A stretch of DNA of 64,000 bases from Pelagomonas calceolata (Eukaryota), in assembly GCA_918797485.1 (NCBI GenBank), contig CAKKNE010000002.1, forward strand, positions 4,340,001-4,404,000, read 5' to 3'. Shown piece by piece: positions 10,323-20,701 of the stretch; within the stretch, counting starts at the first letter, position 1; every line of letters starts with the position of its first letter. The notes below the pieces were generated by a model that saw only the letters and a list, made by a program, of their open reading frames with translations, ran no database searches and had not been told where the DNA came from. A program made the position numbers and the translations under genes.

Positions 10323-11078
10323 ATGGATCCGGCTGCCCCCCAATCGCGACTCCCGGCGGGCTGGCAGCCGAACTTGCAGAGGCTGCTCTCGGACATCGTG
10401 CCGATGCTCTCGATGGAGCTGCGGAGCACGTTTAGGGAATTAGTGAAAGACCTGAGGGCGAAGCGGGAGGCGGGCGAGATCCACTCACTGTCCGGGGCTC
10501 TCATGGGGCAGGCACCCCAGGTCGTCGGCGATTTGTGGCAGCAGTGCATCGACCGGCAGCGCGAGGAGGCCGTGCGGCAGGCCGCCGCCGCGGGCCTGAG
10601 CGCGCTCAGTGTGCCCCAGCTCAAGGAGAAGTGCCGGGCCGCGGGCCTGCCCGTCGGCGGCACGAAGCCCGTGCTGATCCGACGCCTGCAGACCACGACG
10701 GCGCCGGTCGCGGCGCCGGCGCCGGCCGCGCCGGTGCCGGCCGCCGCGGGCGCGCTGGCGCCTCCCCCCCGCAAAGCTGACGTCATCGATCCGACCGGCG
10801 ATGCTTTGGACGATATTCAGAATTTAGCTCCGCGCGGCGGCAAAAGTCTGAAAACGGCCGTTTCGTTGAAAAGAAAGGCGCTCGAGGAACGCGACCAGGC
10901 GCTCGCTGAGGCCAAGCGCGCCAAAGCTGGAAAGGGCGTCGCGGTGCTGAGTACCGTGAGCGAGTGTCACAAGCGGATCGACGAATTAGAAAGAAGATTG
11001 ACGAAAGTTTCTGACTACTGCATCGAGCTCGGCGCGGACCCGGACGACGTGAATGAGCTCCGGTACGGCCCCATCTAG
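10323..11078 (+). CDS. SAP-domain protein with C-terminal coiled coil
   Basis: LSALSVPQLKEKCRAAGLPVGGTKPVLIRRL is a SAP motif. Confidence 0.7.
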   Translation: MDPAAPQSRLPAGWQPNLQRLLSDIVPMLSMELRSTFRELVKDLRAKREAGEIHSLSGALMGQAPQVVGDLWQQCIDRQREEAVRQAAAAGLSALSVPQLKEKCRAAGLPVGGTKPVLIRRLQTTTAPVAAPAPAAPVPAAAGALAPPPRKADVIDPTGDALDDIQNLAPRGGKSLKTAVSLKRKALEERDQALAEAKRAKAGKGVAVLSTVSECHKRIDELERRLTKVSDYCIELGADPDDVNELRYGPI

Positions 11079-11183
11079 GAGGTCCGGACCAGGAAGACTG
11101 CCGGGGCACACGGCCGCCCCCTCCCACAAACATCGCGTGGACCTCGTCGCCGGGGTCTAAGAGAGAAGGACACAGAACATAGA

Positions 11184-13808
11184 TTAGGACGACTCGAGCG
11201 CCTCCCGCTTCGCCTGGGCGAGCCGCAGGACCGCGTCGGGCAACCCGGCAGCCTTCGCCGCGTGGAGGCCGAAGGACTCGTCCGCGAGGCCCTCGACGAG
11301 CTTGTAGAGCATGACGAGCTCCGATTCGATGTCGAGCGTCCCGCCGCCCACGGCGGCGTAGGCCATGCGGTAGGTCGCGACCTTGCCGGGCCGCGCGGCC
11401 CGCGCGCTCGCGGCGAGGTCGTGGTAGTGCGTGACGAAGATCGTGGCGCAGCCGCGGGCGACGAGCGCGTCGAGCGCCGCGCCGGCGACGGCGACGCCGT
11501 CGTGCGTCGCCGTGCCCCGTCCCAACTCGTCGAGCACGACGAGCGACTTGTCCGTCGCGTGCTCGAGCGCCACGGCCGCGCGCTCGAGCTCGTGGAGGAA
11601 CGTCGACCGCCCCGCGGCCAGCGCATCGGCCGCGCCCATGCGCGTGAAGACCGCGTCCCGCAAGGGAAGCGCGGCTCTCTTCGCGAAGACCGGCGCGCCC
11701 GCTTGCGCGTATATTGATGCGAGAGCGACCGCGCGAGCGACGGAACTCTTGCCTCCCGCGTTGGGGCCCGTGAGCACCAAGCACGCGCCGTCGTCGAGCT
11801 TCAGGTCGTTCGTCACCATGTCTCCGGTCAGCGTCGGGTGCGCGAAGGCCTCGAGGTCCAGATCTTGCCCGAGCGCCGGCCAGCACCAGCCGGGCTCGCC
11901 ACCTAAACGCCCCAGCGCCCGCGTCGCGTCGATCAATGCGACGGCGTCGAAAATCTTTCTTAGTGAAGCGCTGAGCTCGTCGTCGAGGTCCGCGACGAAT
12001 TTGCGCCACGCCACGTCGGCCGCCAAGTCGGCTTCGGCGACGGCAACGGCTCTATTTGAGACCAACACTGACACCCCGGGCGCCACGAACCGCCGCACCT
12101 TCTGCGTCTCCGACGCGACGTGCCAGGTATCATCGATGGCACCTCTCCTCATAAATCCCTCGGCCTCGCTTCGCGTCGCCTCGATCAGAAACTCCTGGCG
12201 GCCGCCGGCGCCGCCATTGATGTGCGTCCACTGCAAAGCGGGCTTCCTTAGTGTAACGCGGAGCTCCTTGAGCTTCGCATCCAGGGCGGCGTCGGCATCT
12301 CTACAAGAGCGCCGCGCGACCGCGAGGGCGTCGTCGTCATCATCCGCCGTCAACAGCGCCGTCGCGGGCCCGGCGTCGTCCGCGCAGGCGTCCGCGTCGA
12401 GGCGTTCTAAAGCTGCATTTGTTTTGGCGAGCACGTCTTTTCTCACACCCGACGCCTCGGACATGGCCAGCGCCGGCGGGAGTGACGAAATGTTCTCCGG
12501 TAAAGCGTCGGCCACGGCCCGCGCCCCGAGCAACAGCTCGCGGAGCTTCGAGGGCCGCGCGCGGCGCGCGGCCAGCGCCGCGCGCGCGCCGTCGGCGCGC
12601 TTCGCGAGCTTGTCGCCGGAGCCCTTTTTTAGTAGCAAATCGACGAGCGGCGTGAGCGCCGCCACTTGGTCGTCGTGGAGCGCCCTTGCCGCATGTTGCC
12701 GCGCTTCGATAGCACTTTTATCAGTAAGCGGCTCGCGGAACCAGTCCCGCAGCAAGTTGCGGCCGGCTTTTGTGGAGGCGTGCCTCGCGACTACACTGAC
12801 GGCCGCGCCCGTCGTCGAACCGTCGGAGGCGACGAGGACCTCGAGGTCTCGTAGCGTGGACGCGTCCAAACGCATCGGCACAGTGCTTGAAGGAGCGCGT
12901 TCTAAACAACGTTCAAGGGCGCTGGCCACGCCGGCGGCCTCGCAGTAGGCCAGCAGCAGTTCCTCGGCGTCGCCCTCCGTGTCGAAAGTCGCAACGCTTG
13001 CGTCCGTCGAACGCATCAATCGCTCCGCGCGCGCGCCAACCACTAAAGCTTCCGCCGGCGGGTGCGCGGCCACAAAAGCGTCCGCTTTGTCTTTGTCCGC
13101 GCCCTCGCAGGCCGCGCGCCGCTGGCTCCTTAAATCAACTGCGAGCAGATCCATTGTACTCTCAGTGTCGACCGCCGCCACGAGCCACGCGGCATCAGTA
13201 GTATCTTCTCCGAACTCGTCTCCCACTAAAGTCGCCCTGGAATAGACCCGGTCCACGGCCCGCGAGAACGTGCCCCCACTCTTCTGCCGCAGAGCCGCTC
13301 TTTCGGTCTGGCGCGCCACCGCGACGCGGTGGCCGTCCCTCACCAGTCGTCTGATTTTGTCGTCGATGGTGCCCGTGGGAAAGGTGCACATGTCTCCCAG
13401 TTGCGCGTCCTTCCAGGAGCCGATGCCCAATGTCTTGGCTGCCCTCGGCACGTCCGTCCCGAAGCACTTGTACTTGTAGCCCACCTCGACGGCCAGGAAG
13501 CAGCCCTTGTTGTCGCGTATCAACTGCTGGATCTGCTTGGCCATCGGCGTCGGGCCGTTCTCGCGGGTTGGCGGCGGGGGGCGCTGGCCGCTCTCCGGCA
13601 TAGCGTCATGTGCGTTATTGAGTGCGGCGCGCGCGTTTTCAGGCACCGTCGCCGGGTCTAACGCGGGGCGCCAGGGTTCTGTTGTTTCGGCGGGGTCCTC
13701 TGCTGTCAGGTCGACGACCGGCGGTGCGGCAGCGGGCGCGGGCGCGGTCGTTTTCGCTTTCTTGTTAAAGAAACTGCTGATCTTTGGTTGTTGTTGCTGG
13801 CGCTTCAT
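11184..13808 (-). CDS. MSH3: DNA mismatch repair protein MutS homolog 3
   Basis: N-terminal PIP box QPKISSFF; TPMAKQ...VEVGYKY (MSH3-type GYKY); Walker A TGPNAGGKSS; STF, LDELGRGT, FVTHY, SFGLHAAKAAGLP. Start taken at MKRQQQ. Confidence 0.9.
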   Translation of the reverse strand: MKRQQQQPKISSFFNKKAKTTAPAPAAAPPVVDLTAEDPAETTEPWRPALDPATVPENARAALNNAHDAMPESGQRPPPPTRENGPTPMAKQIQQLIRDNKGCFLAVEVGYKYKCFGTDVPRAAKTLGIGSWKDAQLGDMCTFPTGTIDDKIRRLVRDGHRVAVARQTERAALRQKSGGTFSRAVDRVYSRATLVGDEFGEDTTDAAWLVAAVDTESTMDLLAVDLRSQRRAACEGADKDKADAFVAAHPPAEALVVGARAERLMRSTDASVATFDTEGDAEELLLAYCEAAGVASALERCLERAPSSTVPMRLDASTLRDLEVLVASDGSTTGAAVSVVARHASTKAGRNLLRDWFREPLTDKSAIEARQHAARALHDDQVAALTPLVDLLLKKGSGDKLAKRADGARAALAARRARPSKLRELLLGARAVADALPENISSLPPALAMSEASGVRKDVLAKTNAALERLDADACADDAGPATALLTADDDDDALAVARRSCRDADAALDAKLKELRVTLRKPALQWTHINGGAGGRQEFLIEATRSEAEGFMRRGAIDDTWHVASETQKVRRFVAPGVSVLVSNRAVAVAEADLAADVAWRKFVADLDDELSASLRKIFDAVALIDATRALGRLGGEPGWCWPALGQDLDLEAFAHPTLTGDMVTNDLKLDDGACLVLTGPNAGGKSSVARAVALASIYAQAGAPVFAKRAALPLRDAVFTRMGAADALAAGRSTFLHELERAAVALEHATDKSLVVLDELGRGTATHDGVAVAGAALDALVARGCATIFVTHYHDLAASARAARPGKVATYRMAYAAVGGGTLDIESELVMLYKLVEGLADESFGLHAAKAAGLPDAVLRLAQAKREALESS

Positions 13809-14172
13809 TTTCAGGACTTTTGAGCCACCCGTACGTCGCGGCGGCGGCAGCGCTCTCCGTACTTTGAATGGCTTGTGGGAGAGCAGTCGTGGATCGGCGC
13901 GCTGGCAGCGCACAGCTCTCGGTTGGTGAGAAGTGGTGCGTAAGGTGCCACAGCCAAGGTGTACGTCGCACAGGACGCTGTATGCCCCCGGGCCGCCGAG
14001 GCATCCGCCGGGCTGTGGGTGTATGCGCTAGTAACTCTGTCACTAGCTTTAGCACCGGCAAAAAGGGAGGCACGGGCAGCTGGAGGGGCAGCCGGGGCTG
14101 AACATTTCGCGTAATTTCGACGTTTTCCGTGGCAGTCTCACCCAGGAGCAAGCACTTGACCAGACAGATCTG

Positions 14173-14982
14173 ATGCCGCCCAAACGGAAGGCGCGCAAGC
14201 CAGCCGATGCCATCGATCTCACCGAGATGGCGAGCTCGCAGGAGAAGAAACAAAGGGTAGCCTTGACCACCATCGCGAAGGAGTTCATCTGTCCGATCAC
14301 GCAAGAATTGCCTATTTCTCCCGTGACCGCCGAAGACGGCAAGGTTTACGAGGAAACAGCTATACGCGAGTGGTTCTCGAAGAAAGATGGAGCCCCAACC
14401 AGCCCGAGCACAGGCGCCGTCATCGGGACGAAGTTATTCCCGGCGCCGCAAGCGCGAAACACGATCGAGGCGCTGATCCAGAGCGGCGCGATCGCGGGCG
14501 AGATTGCTGAGGCGTGGAAGCAGAAGCTGGAGGATGAGAAGGAAGTGAAGGAGACGCGCGCCGAGGCGGAAGGCGGCGACGGGGAAGCTATGTATATGCT
14601 CGGCGCGTGGTACCGAGAAGGTGTGAACGGCCTCGCAAAAGACGATGTTCAGGCCCGCGCGTGGTACGAGCGCTCTGCGGCCGCCCGCCACCCAAAGGGG
14701 ATGGCGGCTTTTGGTGAACTTCTCCTGCTTGGCATCGGCGGGCCCGAGGACAATGTATTTGGGGTTATGAACGTGACCGCGGCGGCGGAGCTCGGATCGG
14801 ACGTCGGCGCGTATTTTCTTGGGTACGCGTTCTTCAGAGGCGCTTACGGTCTGCCAAAGGACTCCATCCGAGCGCGGTTCTGGCTGACGAAGGTCGTAAA
14901 TGGCGAGTGCGAGGTCAAGCACCTAAACGAAGCCGGTAGAGCCGAGGCGGCGGCATGGCTCCGCGCGCTGCAGGACGAGTAA
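14173..14982 (+). CDS. U-box + Sel1-like repeat protein (tandem paralog 1)
   Basis: FICPITQELPISPVTAEDGKVYE U-box; AMYMLGAWYREGVNGLAKD..ARAWYERSA Sel1 repeats. Confidence 0.85.
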   Translation: MPPKRKARKPADAIDLTEMASSQEKKQRVALTTIAKEFICPITQELPISPVTAEDGKVYEETAIREWFSKKDGAPTSPSTGAVIGTKLFPAPQARNTIEALIQSGAIAGEIAEAWKQKLEDEKEVKETRAEAEGGDGEAMYMLGAWYREGVNGLAKDDVQARAWYERSAAARHPKGMAAFGELLLLGIGGPEDNVFGVMNVTAAAELGSDVGAYFLGYAFFRGAYGLPKDSIRARFWLTKVVNGECEVKHLNEAGRAEAAAWLRALQDE

Positions 14983-15384
14983 AGGTCAGTGTGTACTTAG
15001 TAGCACCCCCCCCCCCTAGCCTAGCCTGATTAACCCGGTACTTGCGTCGGATTTTGCGGGACCCCTCCCCGCCCCAGGGACTCGTCGCCAACGCTTCAGG
15101 CTCAGGCTAGTTACGGCTCAGGCTAGTTACGTCGCGGGGTTCCCCGTACCCCTCCCGTCGTTCCTAGTACCTCTATCACTAGCCCGTATTGCTCTTGGTC
15201 CTTGCCTTGCAAGGTTGTGCTCGCGCAGCCGTCGAAGAATTGCGCGTACAAGCCCGCATCGCTGCCATTTTGCATAACTGAGCTCGTGGCCTCAAAATAT
15301 TAGCCAGAGCGGCCTCCCTGATCCAGCACACTATTGACCTGCGCCTTGCTGGCTCCCTACGTCCGGCGCTCGAAGGCACAAACC

Positions 15385-16209
15385 ATGTCCCAAGCATCGC
15401 AAAAGCGCGCCCGCGGCGCCGACGCCATCGACCTCACGACGGAGGACGTGAGCCCTCGCGAAAAGAAGATGCGCGAATCTATCAATGGCGTCGCGGCCGA
15501 GCTGCTATGTCCTATTACTCAGGAACTGCCGTTCGACCCCGTCATGGCAAAAGACGGCAAGATATACGAGCGGACAGCCATCCTGGAGTGGTTTAGAAAG
15601 AAAGATGGCGACGCGACCAGCCCGAGCACGGGCAAGGTGATCGGCACAGAATTACTGCCGGCTGTCCAAACGAAGAACACAATCGAGATGCTCATCAAGA
15701 GCGGCGCGATCGCGGGCGAGCTGGCCACGGCGTGGACGGAGAAGCTGGAGCAGGAGAAGGTAGTGAAGCGACTCCGGGCACAAGCAGAAGGCGGTAACGG
15801 TGAAGCTATGTATCTGCTCGGCGCGTGGTACGAGTATGGCGAAAATGGCGTCGCGAAAGACGAGGTGCAAGCCCGCGCGTGGTACGAGCTCAGCGCGGCG
15901 ACCCGCGACCCAAGAGGGATGGGAACTTATGGCGAATGTCTCCTATGTGGCGTCGGTGGTCCAAAGGACAATGTATTTGGGGTTATGAATGTGACCGCAG
16001 CGGCGGAGCTCGGCTCGAACCTCGGCGCGTATAGACTTGGCTGGGCGTTCTTCGAAGGCGGCCACGGCCTGCCGAAGGACCCTGTTCGGGCGAGGTACTG
16101 GTTGAAGAAGGTCGTCGACGGCGAGTGCACGCACAAGGACCTATACGATGCAGACTTACTAGCAGCCGAAGCGGAGGAGTATCTCCGCGAGCTGGACCAG
16201 GAAGCGTAA
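15385..16209 (+). CDS. U-box + Sel1-like repeat protein (tandem paralog 2)
   Basis: LLCPITQELPFDPVMAKDGKIYER U-box plus Sel1 repeats; colinear with 14173-14982. ATG MSQASQ at 15385. Confidence 0.85.
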   Translation: MSQASQKRARGADAIDLTTEDVSPREKKMRESINGVAAELLCPITQELPFDPVMAKDGKIYERTAILEWFRKKDGDATSPSTGKVIGTELLPAVQTKNTIEMLIKSGAIAGELATAWTEKLEQEKVVKRLRAQAEGGNGEAMYLLGAWYEYGENGVAKDEVQARAWYELSAATRDPRGMGTYGECLLCGVGGPKDNVFGVMNVTAAAELGSNLGAYRLGWAFFEGGHGLPKDPVRARYWLKKVVDGECTHKDLYDADLLAAEAEEYLRELDQEA

Positions 16210-16251
16210 GGTCAGTGTGTACTTAGTAGCACCCCCCCTCCTTCATCAAAC

Positions 16252-17973
16252 CTACTCCTCCGCCGCGGCCGTCGCCTCGTCGTCCTCGGCCTCCTTGATC
16301 ATGTTGAGGAAGTCGGCATCGACCGCCCGTAATTGCTCCTCCATGGCCTGGGCCTTCGCCTCCTTCTCCTCCTCCGTTTCTCCGGTCTCGCCCTTGGCCT
16401 TGTCCCGAGCGCGTCTGAGGTCGCGCTCTCGGAGCTCCAGATTCTTCTCCTGCTTCGTCTCGCGCTCGAGCATGGCGCCGATGGCCGACTTCTCGTTGTG
16501 CTGCGGCGTGGCTAGGGAATCGCAGACCTCCATCAAGGCCACGGTACCCTCGACGTCACCGACACTGAGCAACCGTCCGGTAGTAGCATCGTTCGCGATG
16601 GAAGAAAGCGCACAATCGCCGACCTTATGCGTGTAGGCCACCTCGTTCTGGCGGTAGAAGTAGTCCCACACATCTACAATACCGTCCATGCGCGTGACGA
16701 AGAAGACGCCGGCCCGCGTCGACGACCAGCACCCCGACGTCAAGTAGGCCGAGTGGTACTTCGTCGTCATGATCGGCGTCTTGAGGTCCTCCATCCAGAC
16801 GCGCGCGGTCCAGTCGCCGACCGTCATGAAGAATTTTGTGTGCGTTTGGTTCCGATGGATAGCGTAGATGGGCCCGTGGTGCTTGCCGTGGTTCTGATCA
16901 TACACAGCGATGCCGTTGTTCTGCTTGCGGTTTCGCAGGTTGATGGCTAGCACGATACCCTGCTCGGTACCGACGACATATTTCGTTGGCACCTCCTTGT
17001 GGTAGTCCATGGCGCTGCCGCCGAGCACGGCTCCGTCTTTGCCCGTCGACAGTTGTAGGGCGTCGACCGGTTCGCCTAGGCGTCGCGTGTCCCACCAGAG
17101 CATGTTACCGTCGGTCGAGACAGACGCGCACTGGTTGCCTGTTTTAGAACTGATCCAGAAGCAGTCGTAGACCGGATCATGATGACTTTTTTCGATGACG
17201 GAGCACTCCTGCGGGGCACCGCTCTTCCGAAGGTCGTAGAACGAGACGAGGCCGTTGTAGGAACCACCAACTAACGTGTCGGTAGATTTCGGGTTGAATC
17301 TCAAACAACAAAGCGGTGAGGGCGGCGTCAACGCCTGATCGGGCGTGTTCGGGTTCGTCACGTCCCAGATGTAGGATTCAACAGGTAGTCTAGCGTTACT
17401 GAATTTCGGGTCCTGGAAATTCAAGATAGAATACGATACCGCGATCTTGGTAGGGCCTTCCGGGTGCCAATTAATAGAAGTAGCGGTCCGCTTGATCTCG
17501 TTGGGATCGCGAAACACAGCGAGACCCTTGGCCGAGGGCGGCTCCGACGACCAATCCCGATCCTCCCCCGCAAAGTACTCCTCATAGATGTCAATCGTGT
17601 TGTTCTGGCGCATGCATCTCGAGATGATGGGCCCCAAGGCCTTCATATTAGCTTTATAATCATCGTCCTTCTCCGCTTTTTTCCGGTAGCGCTGGACGTC
17701 GGCCGGCTCCGTCGGGTCCACGTCTTTCGGCCAGCCGCCCTCCGCATGGCGTATCGACGAGGCCTTCGTCACTAGTCTATCGGTGTTCGTCTCGTGCTCC
17801 GAGTAGGTGGGGCACGTATCAACCGTCGTGCAGACGGGGTTCCTCGGAATATAGTCGTCCTCGAACTCGTCCGTTTGTGGTATGGTGTGGAGGATGCGCG
17901 TGTCCTGGTCGCTGAAGTTTGTTTGTTTCCCAAATTCGCTTCGTACTTTCGTGTAGAGGTAGGCGACCTCCAT
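16252..17973 (-). CDS. DNAI2: Axonemal outer-arm dynein intermediate chain 2 (IC2/IC69-type, WD40)
   Basis: YLYTKVRSEFGKQ, HAEGGWPKDVD, QNNTIDIYEEYF, WD40 repeats, C-terminal ERETKQEKNLE coiled coil. Confidence 0.92.
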   Translation of the reverse strand: MEVAYLYTKVRSEFGKQTNFSDQDTRILHTIPQTDEFEDDYIPRNPVCTTVDTCPTYSEHETNTDRLVTKASSIRHAEGGWPKDVDPTEPADVQRYRKKAEKDDDYKANMKALGPIISRCMRQNNTIDIYEEYFAGEDRDWSSEPPSAKGLAVFRDPNEIKRTATSINWHPEGPTKIAVSYSILNFQDPKFSNARLPVESYIWDVTNPNTPDQALTPPSPLCCLRFNPKSTDTLVGGSYNGLVSFYDLRKSGAPQECSVIEKSHHDPVYDCFWISSKTGNQCASVSTDGNMLWWDTRRLGEPVDALQLSTGKDGAVLGGSAMDYHKEVPTKYVVGTEQGIVLAINLRNRKQNNGIAVYDQNHGKHHGPIYAIHRNQTHTKFFMTVGDWTARVWMEDLKTPIMTTKYHSAYLTSGCWSSTRAGVFFVTRMDGIVDVWDYFYRQNEVAYTHKVGDCALSSIANDATTGRLLSVGDVEGTVALMEVCDSLATPQHNEKSAIGAMLERETKQEKNLELRERDLRRARDKAKGETGETEEEKEAKAQAMEEQLRAVDADFLNMIKEAEDDEATAAAEE

Positions 17974-18268
17974 CGTGCCTCACGCTGGGCGGGGTGCCTG
18001 GAAGGCTTCCGTGCGCGCGACGGGCAGCCCGGCAGCGACTGTGCGCGGTGGCTCTTGCGTCGGTGCACTGCGGGTCCACCCCGAGGCAGCCCTTCGTGCG
18101 CTTGGGGGCGTTATAGCGCTCCGGTTTTGCGCCGACGACGAGCGCTGCTTAATTGCTTGGTACGCTAACTACATGTAGCTTCCAAGGCGAGGGTTTGGCG
18201 CGCGGTCTGAGGCGTGCACAGGAGCACCTAGGCTCTCGACAGGAAGTACACAGACACACGTTACAATC

Positions 18269-18955
18269 CTACCTCCATCTTGGTGCACTGGTCGCCGCCG
18301 TCGCCGCCTCGTCTCGCGTCGGCAACTCGCGGATTCCCGCAGCGTGCGTCCGCGCGAAGCCCACGTAGGCGCGCGCCGACTCCAAAATGAAGGCGGCCTC
18401 GCCCGGTTTCAGGGGCCGCATGAACTTCGCTGGGGAGCCGCCCCACAGCTCGCCGCTCCCGACGGTCTTGCCAGCCGTCAATAATGCTCCGGCCGCGAGC
18501 ATCCCGCCCGGCTCAATAGTCGTATGCGACATCATCGTCGCGTTCATACCCACGAAGGCTCCATCCCCCAACGTGCAGGCGTGCAAGAGCGCCATGTGCC
18601 CGATGGTGCAATCCGCACCGATAACCGTCGGCGTGGAGCCGCTGCCTCCGAGCGCGTCGCTGTCGACGTGCATCACGGTGCCGTCTTGGACGTTCGTGCG
18701 TGGACCAATTGATATCGCCGCGACGTCGCCTCGTATCGTGCAGTTGTACCAGACCGAGGCGTCGTCGGCGACGTCCACCGACCCGACGATGCTCGCTGAC
18801 GGCGCGATGAACGCTGCGGCGGCGGTGTCGGGCACCTTGTCGCCGAGCGCGTAGCACGCGAGGCGGCGCCGCGGCAGCGCGCGTGTTGCGATCGATGCGA
18901 GGCGCCGCGGCGGCGGCAGCGCGCATTTTGAGATCGATGCGGCGAGTCGGCGCAT
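18269..18955 (-). CDS. Gamma-carbonic anhydrase family protein (hexapeptide repeat), probably mitochondrial
   Basis: VWYNCTIRGDV, NVQDGTVMH, IGHMALLHAC (three His ligands), GSPAKFMRPL; Arg-rich presequence. Confidence 0.9.
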   Translation of the reverse strand: MRRLAASISKCALPPPRRLASIATRALPRRRLACYALGDKVPDTAAAAFIAPSASIVGSVDVADDASVWYNCTIRGDVAAISIGPRTNVQDGTVMHVDSDALGGSGSTPTVIGADCTIGHMALLHACTLGDGAFVGMNATMMSHTTIEPGGMLAAGALLTAGKTVGSGELWGGSPAKFMRPLKPGEAAFILESARAYVGFARTHAAGIRELPTRDEAATAATSAPRWR

Positions 18956-19471
18956 TCCTGCGGTGCTGTTCGTTCGTTTGGAGATCGATGCGGCTGGTCG
19001 GCGCTTCTCTTTTGTTAAGCAGGCGCGAGTGGCTGCAGGGTGTAGGCTGTATGAATGGTGGCAGCGCGATTTTGCCGACGGAAAACGTCAGGGAGCTACC
19101 GTCGGTCACGAAATCGATCCCGGAGCAACGAATTGCGATGGATTATGCCGTTTAGGCCCCAACAAATCACATTGAAAATGCCTGCAAAACCCGCGAGAAA
19201 AAGACACTGGTGTGACCAACGCCTCTATCACTCCATTCAGAACGCTCGGTGGGGACGAGAAGCGCGTCGGACGACTCAAAGGCCATCGGCGCCTCGTCTC
19301 AACGCGCGAGAGAGGCAAATTGCGCCTCGCCTCGCTCCCGGGAGTAGAGCAACAAAACACTGCCCAACGCAGCTATCACTCCCACCCGGCCTCGCGCGAG
19401 GCCCACGGACGCACCGGGTGGCGTGAAGGCTAGCGCGCCCCATCCAACACTAACCTCACAGCACCAAAACC

Positions 19472-20653
19472 ATGATCGGCCGCTCGAGCCTCGGCCTCAT
19501 GGTCGAGCGCCACCACGACGCGCCGCAGTCGACGGCGGCGGGCTGCCTGCGGCGCGACGGCGGGCCGCGCATGACGCACGCCATCCTCAATCCGTCGTCA
19601 GAAGGTTCTACGTGGGGCAACGGACTGCGGGGCTACGACCTGAAATATGCAAGACGCGTCCCGCGCGTCCGTAAATTCGAGTGGGGTTCTGTTGATGACC
19701 ACTCCTTCGTGCCTTCGGCGATGTCGCTGGCTTCTCTGTCTATTGGTAGCCAAGCGCGAGGCGCTCGGGTCGCGGCCATCGGGTCCTTTGCCTCTTCGCA
19801 GCCTACCTCCTACGCTGAAACCTCTCAGAGGTTGCTGGAGCCCCAAGGCTCGGCCTATCTAGAGACAAAGCCTTACCCTGTCGATTTGGCGGAACGCGAC
19901 AAGCGCGTGGCAAAGCAATGGTTCTCGCCGAATCTGATCGGGAACGTGAAACAGAGAAAACGACGGTACAAGACGCCGGCATCGCGAGGGGCTTCTCAAT
20001 CAATCAAAGTGCAAAATAAAGACTACGATCGCCGCATCGAGGGCGGCCGCCTCTTCCAGAAGAAGGAGGTGCTCCAGTCGAATTCGTCGCTCTACGGGAG
20101 CATGTCCGGTAGAACGTCGCAGCCGGGCACCGTGGCCTCGTCGACCGAAGGGTATAGGAACAAACTCCACGCGAAGCACTCTTCGGATTTTTTCTTAGAT
20201 GATCCGCCGACCGAGGCGAAATTGTTCGGTACCGAGGCGGACACGAACCAGAGCGGTTCGGCGCCGACGAAGCGCGACTTACAAGCACTAGCGAGGATCA
20301 CGCGGCCGACGGAGGACCTGGCGTTGCTCGGTGCTGCGTTCTTGGTTCTGGTCGATGGTGCTGCGGATTTGCGGTGGGGCGCCTTTAGACAACGGGCGAA
20401 ACAGTCGTCCTCGGCCTCCGACGCTTTGCGTTTACAACCAAATAGCATCGACGACGCAAGAAGGCGGGCGCTGCACGCCTTCATCGACGGGCGCCTCTCC
20501 GCGAACGTCTCGAATTTCACGACGCGGCAATCGAGAGCGATCCGCAAGCTCGAGGGCTGGGTCCGCGGGGCGCTGGCCAAGGCCGACGCGCACATCGCCG
20601 ACACGTACGGGCCCGCGCGGACGTCTCCTCCAGAGGACCTCGAGACCGTATAA
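19472..20653 (+). CDS. Hypothetical protein
   Basis: 393-aa ATG-initiated ORF filling the space between divergent and convergent neighbours; no recognised domain. Confidence 0.6.
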   Translation: MIGRSSLGLMVERHHDAPQSTAAGCLRRDGGPRMTHAILNPSSEGSTWGNGLRGYDLKYARRVPRVRKFEWGSVDDHSFVPSAMSLASLSIGSQARGARVAAIGSFASSQPTSYAETSQRLLEPQGSAYLETKPYPVDLAERDKRVAKQWFSPNLIGNVKQRKRRYKTPASRGASQSIKVQNKDYDRRIEGGRLFQKKEVLQSNSSLYGSMSGRTSQPGTVASSTEGYRNKLHAKHSSDFFLDDPPTEAKLFGTEADTNQSGSAPTKRDLQALARITRPTEDLALLGAAFLVLVDGAADLRWGAFRQRAKQSSSASDALRLQPNSIDDARRRALHAFIDGRLSANVSNFTTRQSRAIRKLEGWVRGALAKADAHIADTYGPARTSPPEDLETV

Positions 20654-20701
20654 TAGTACACGTCTTAGTCTTATAGGGCGGTGGTCATAGGGTCGCGTCC
20701 G

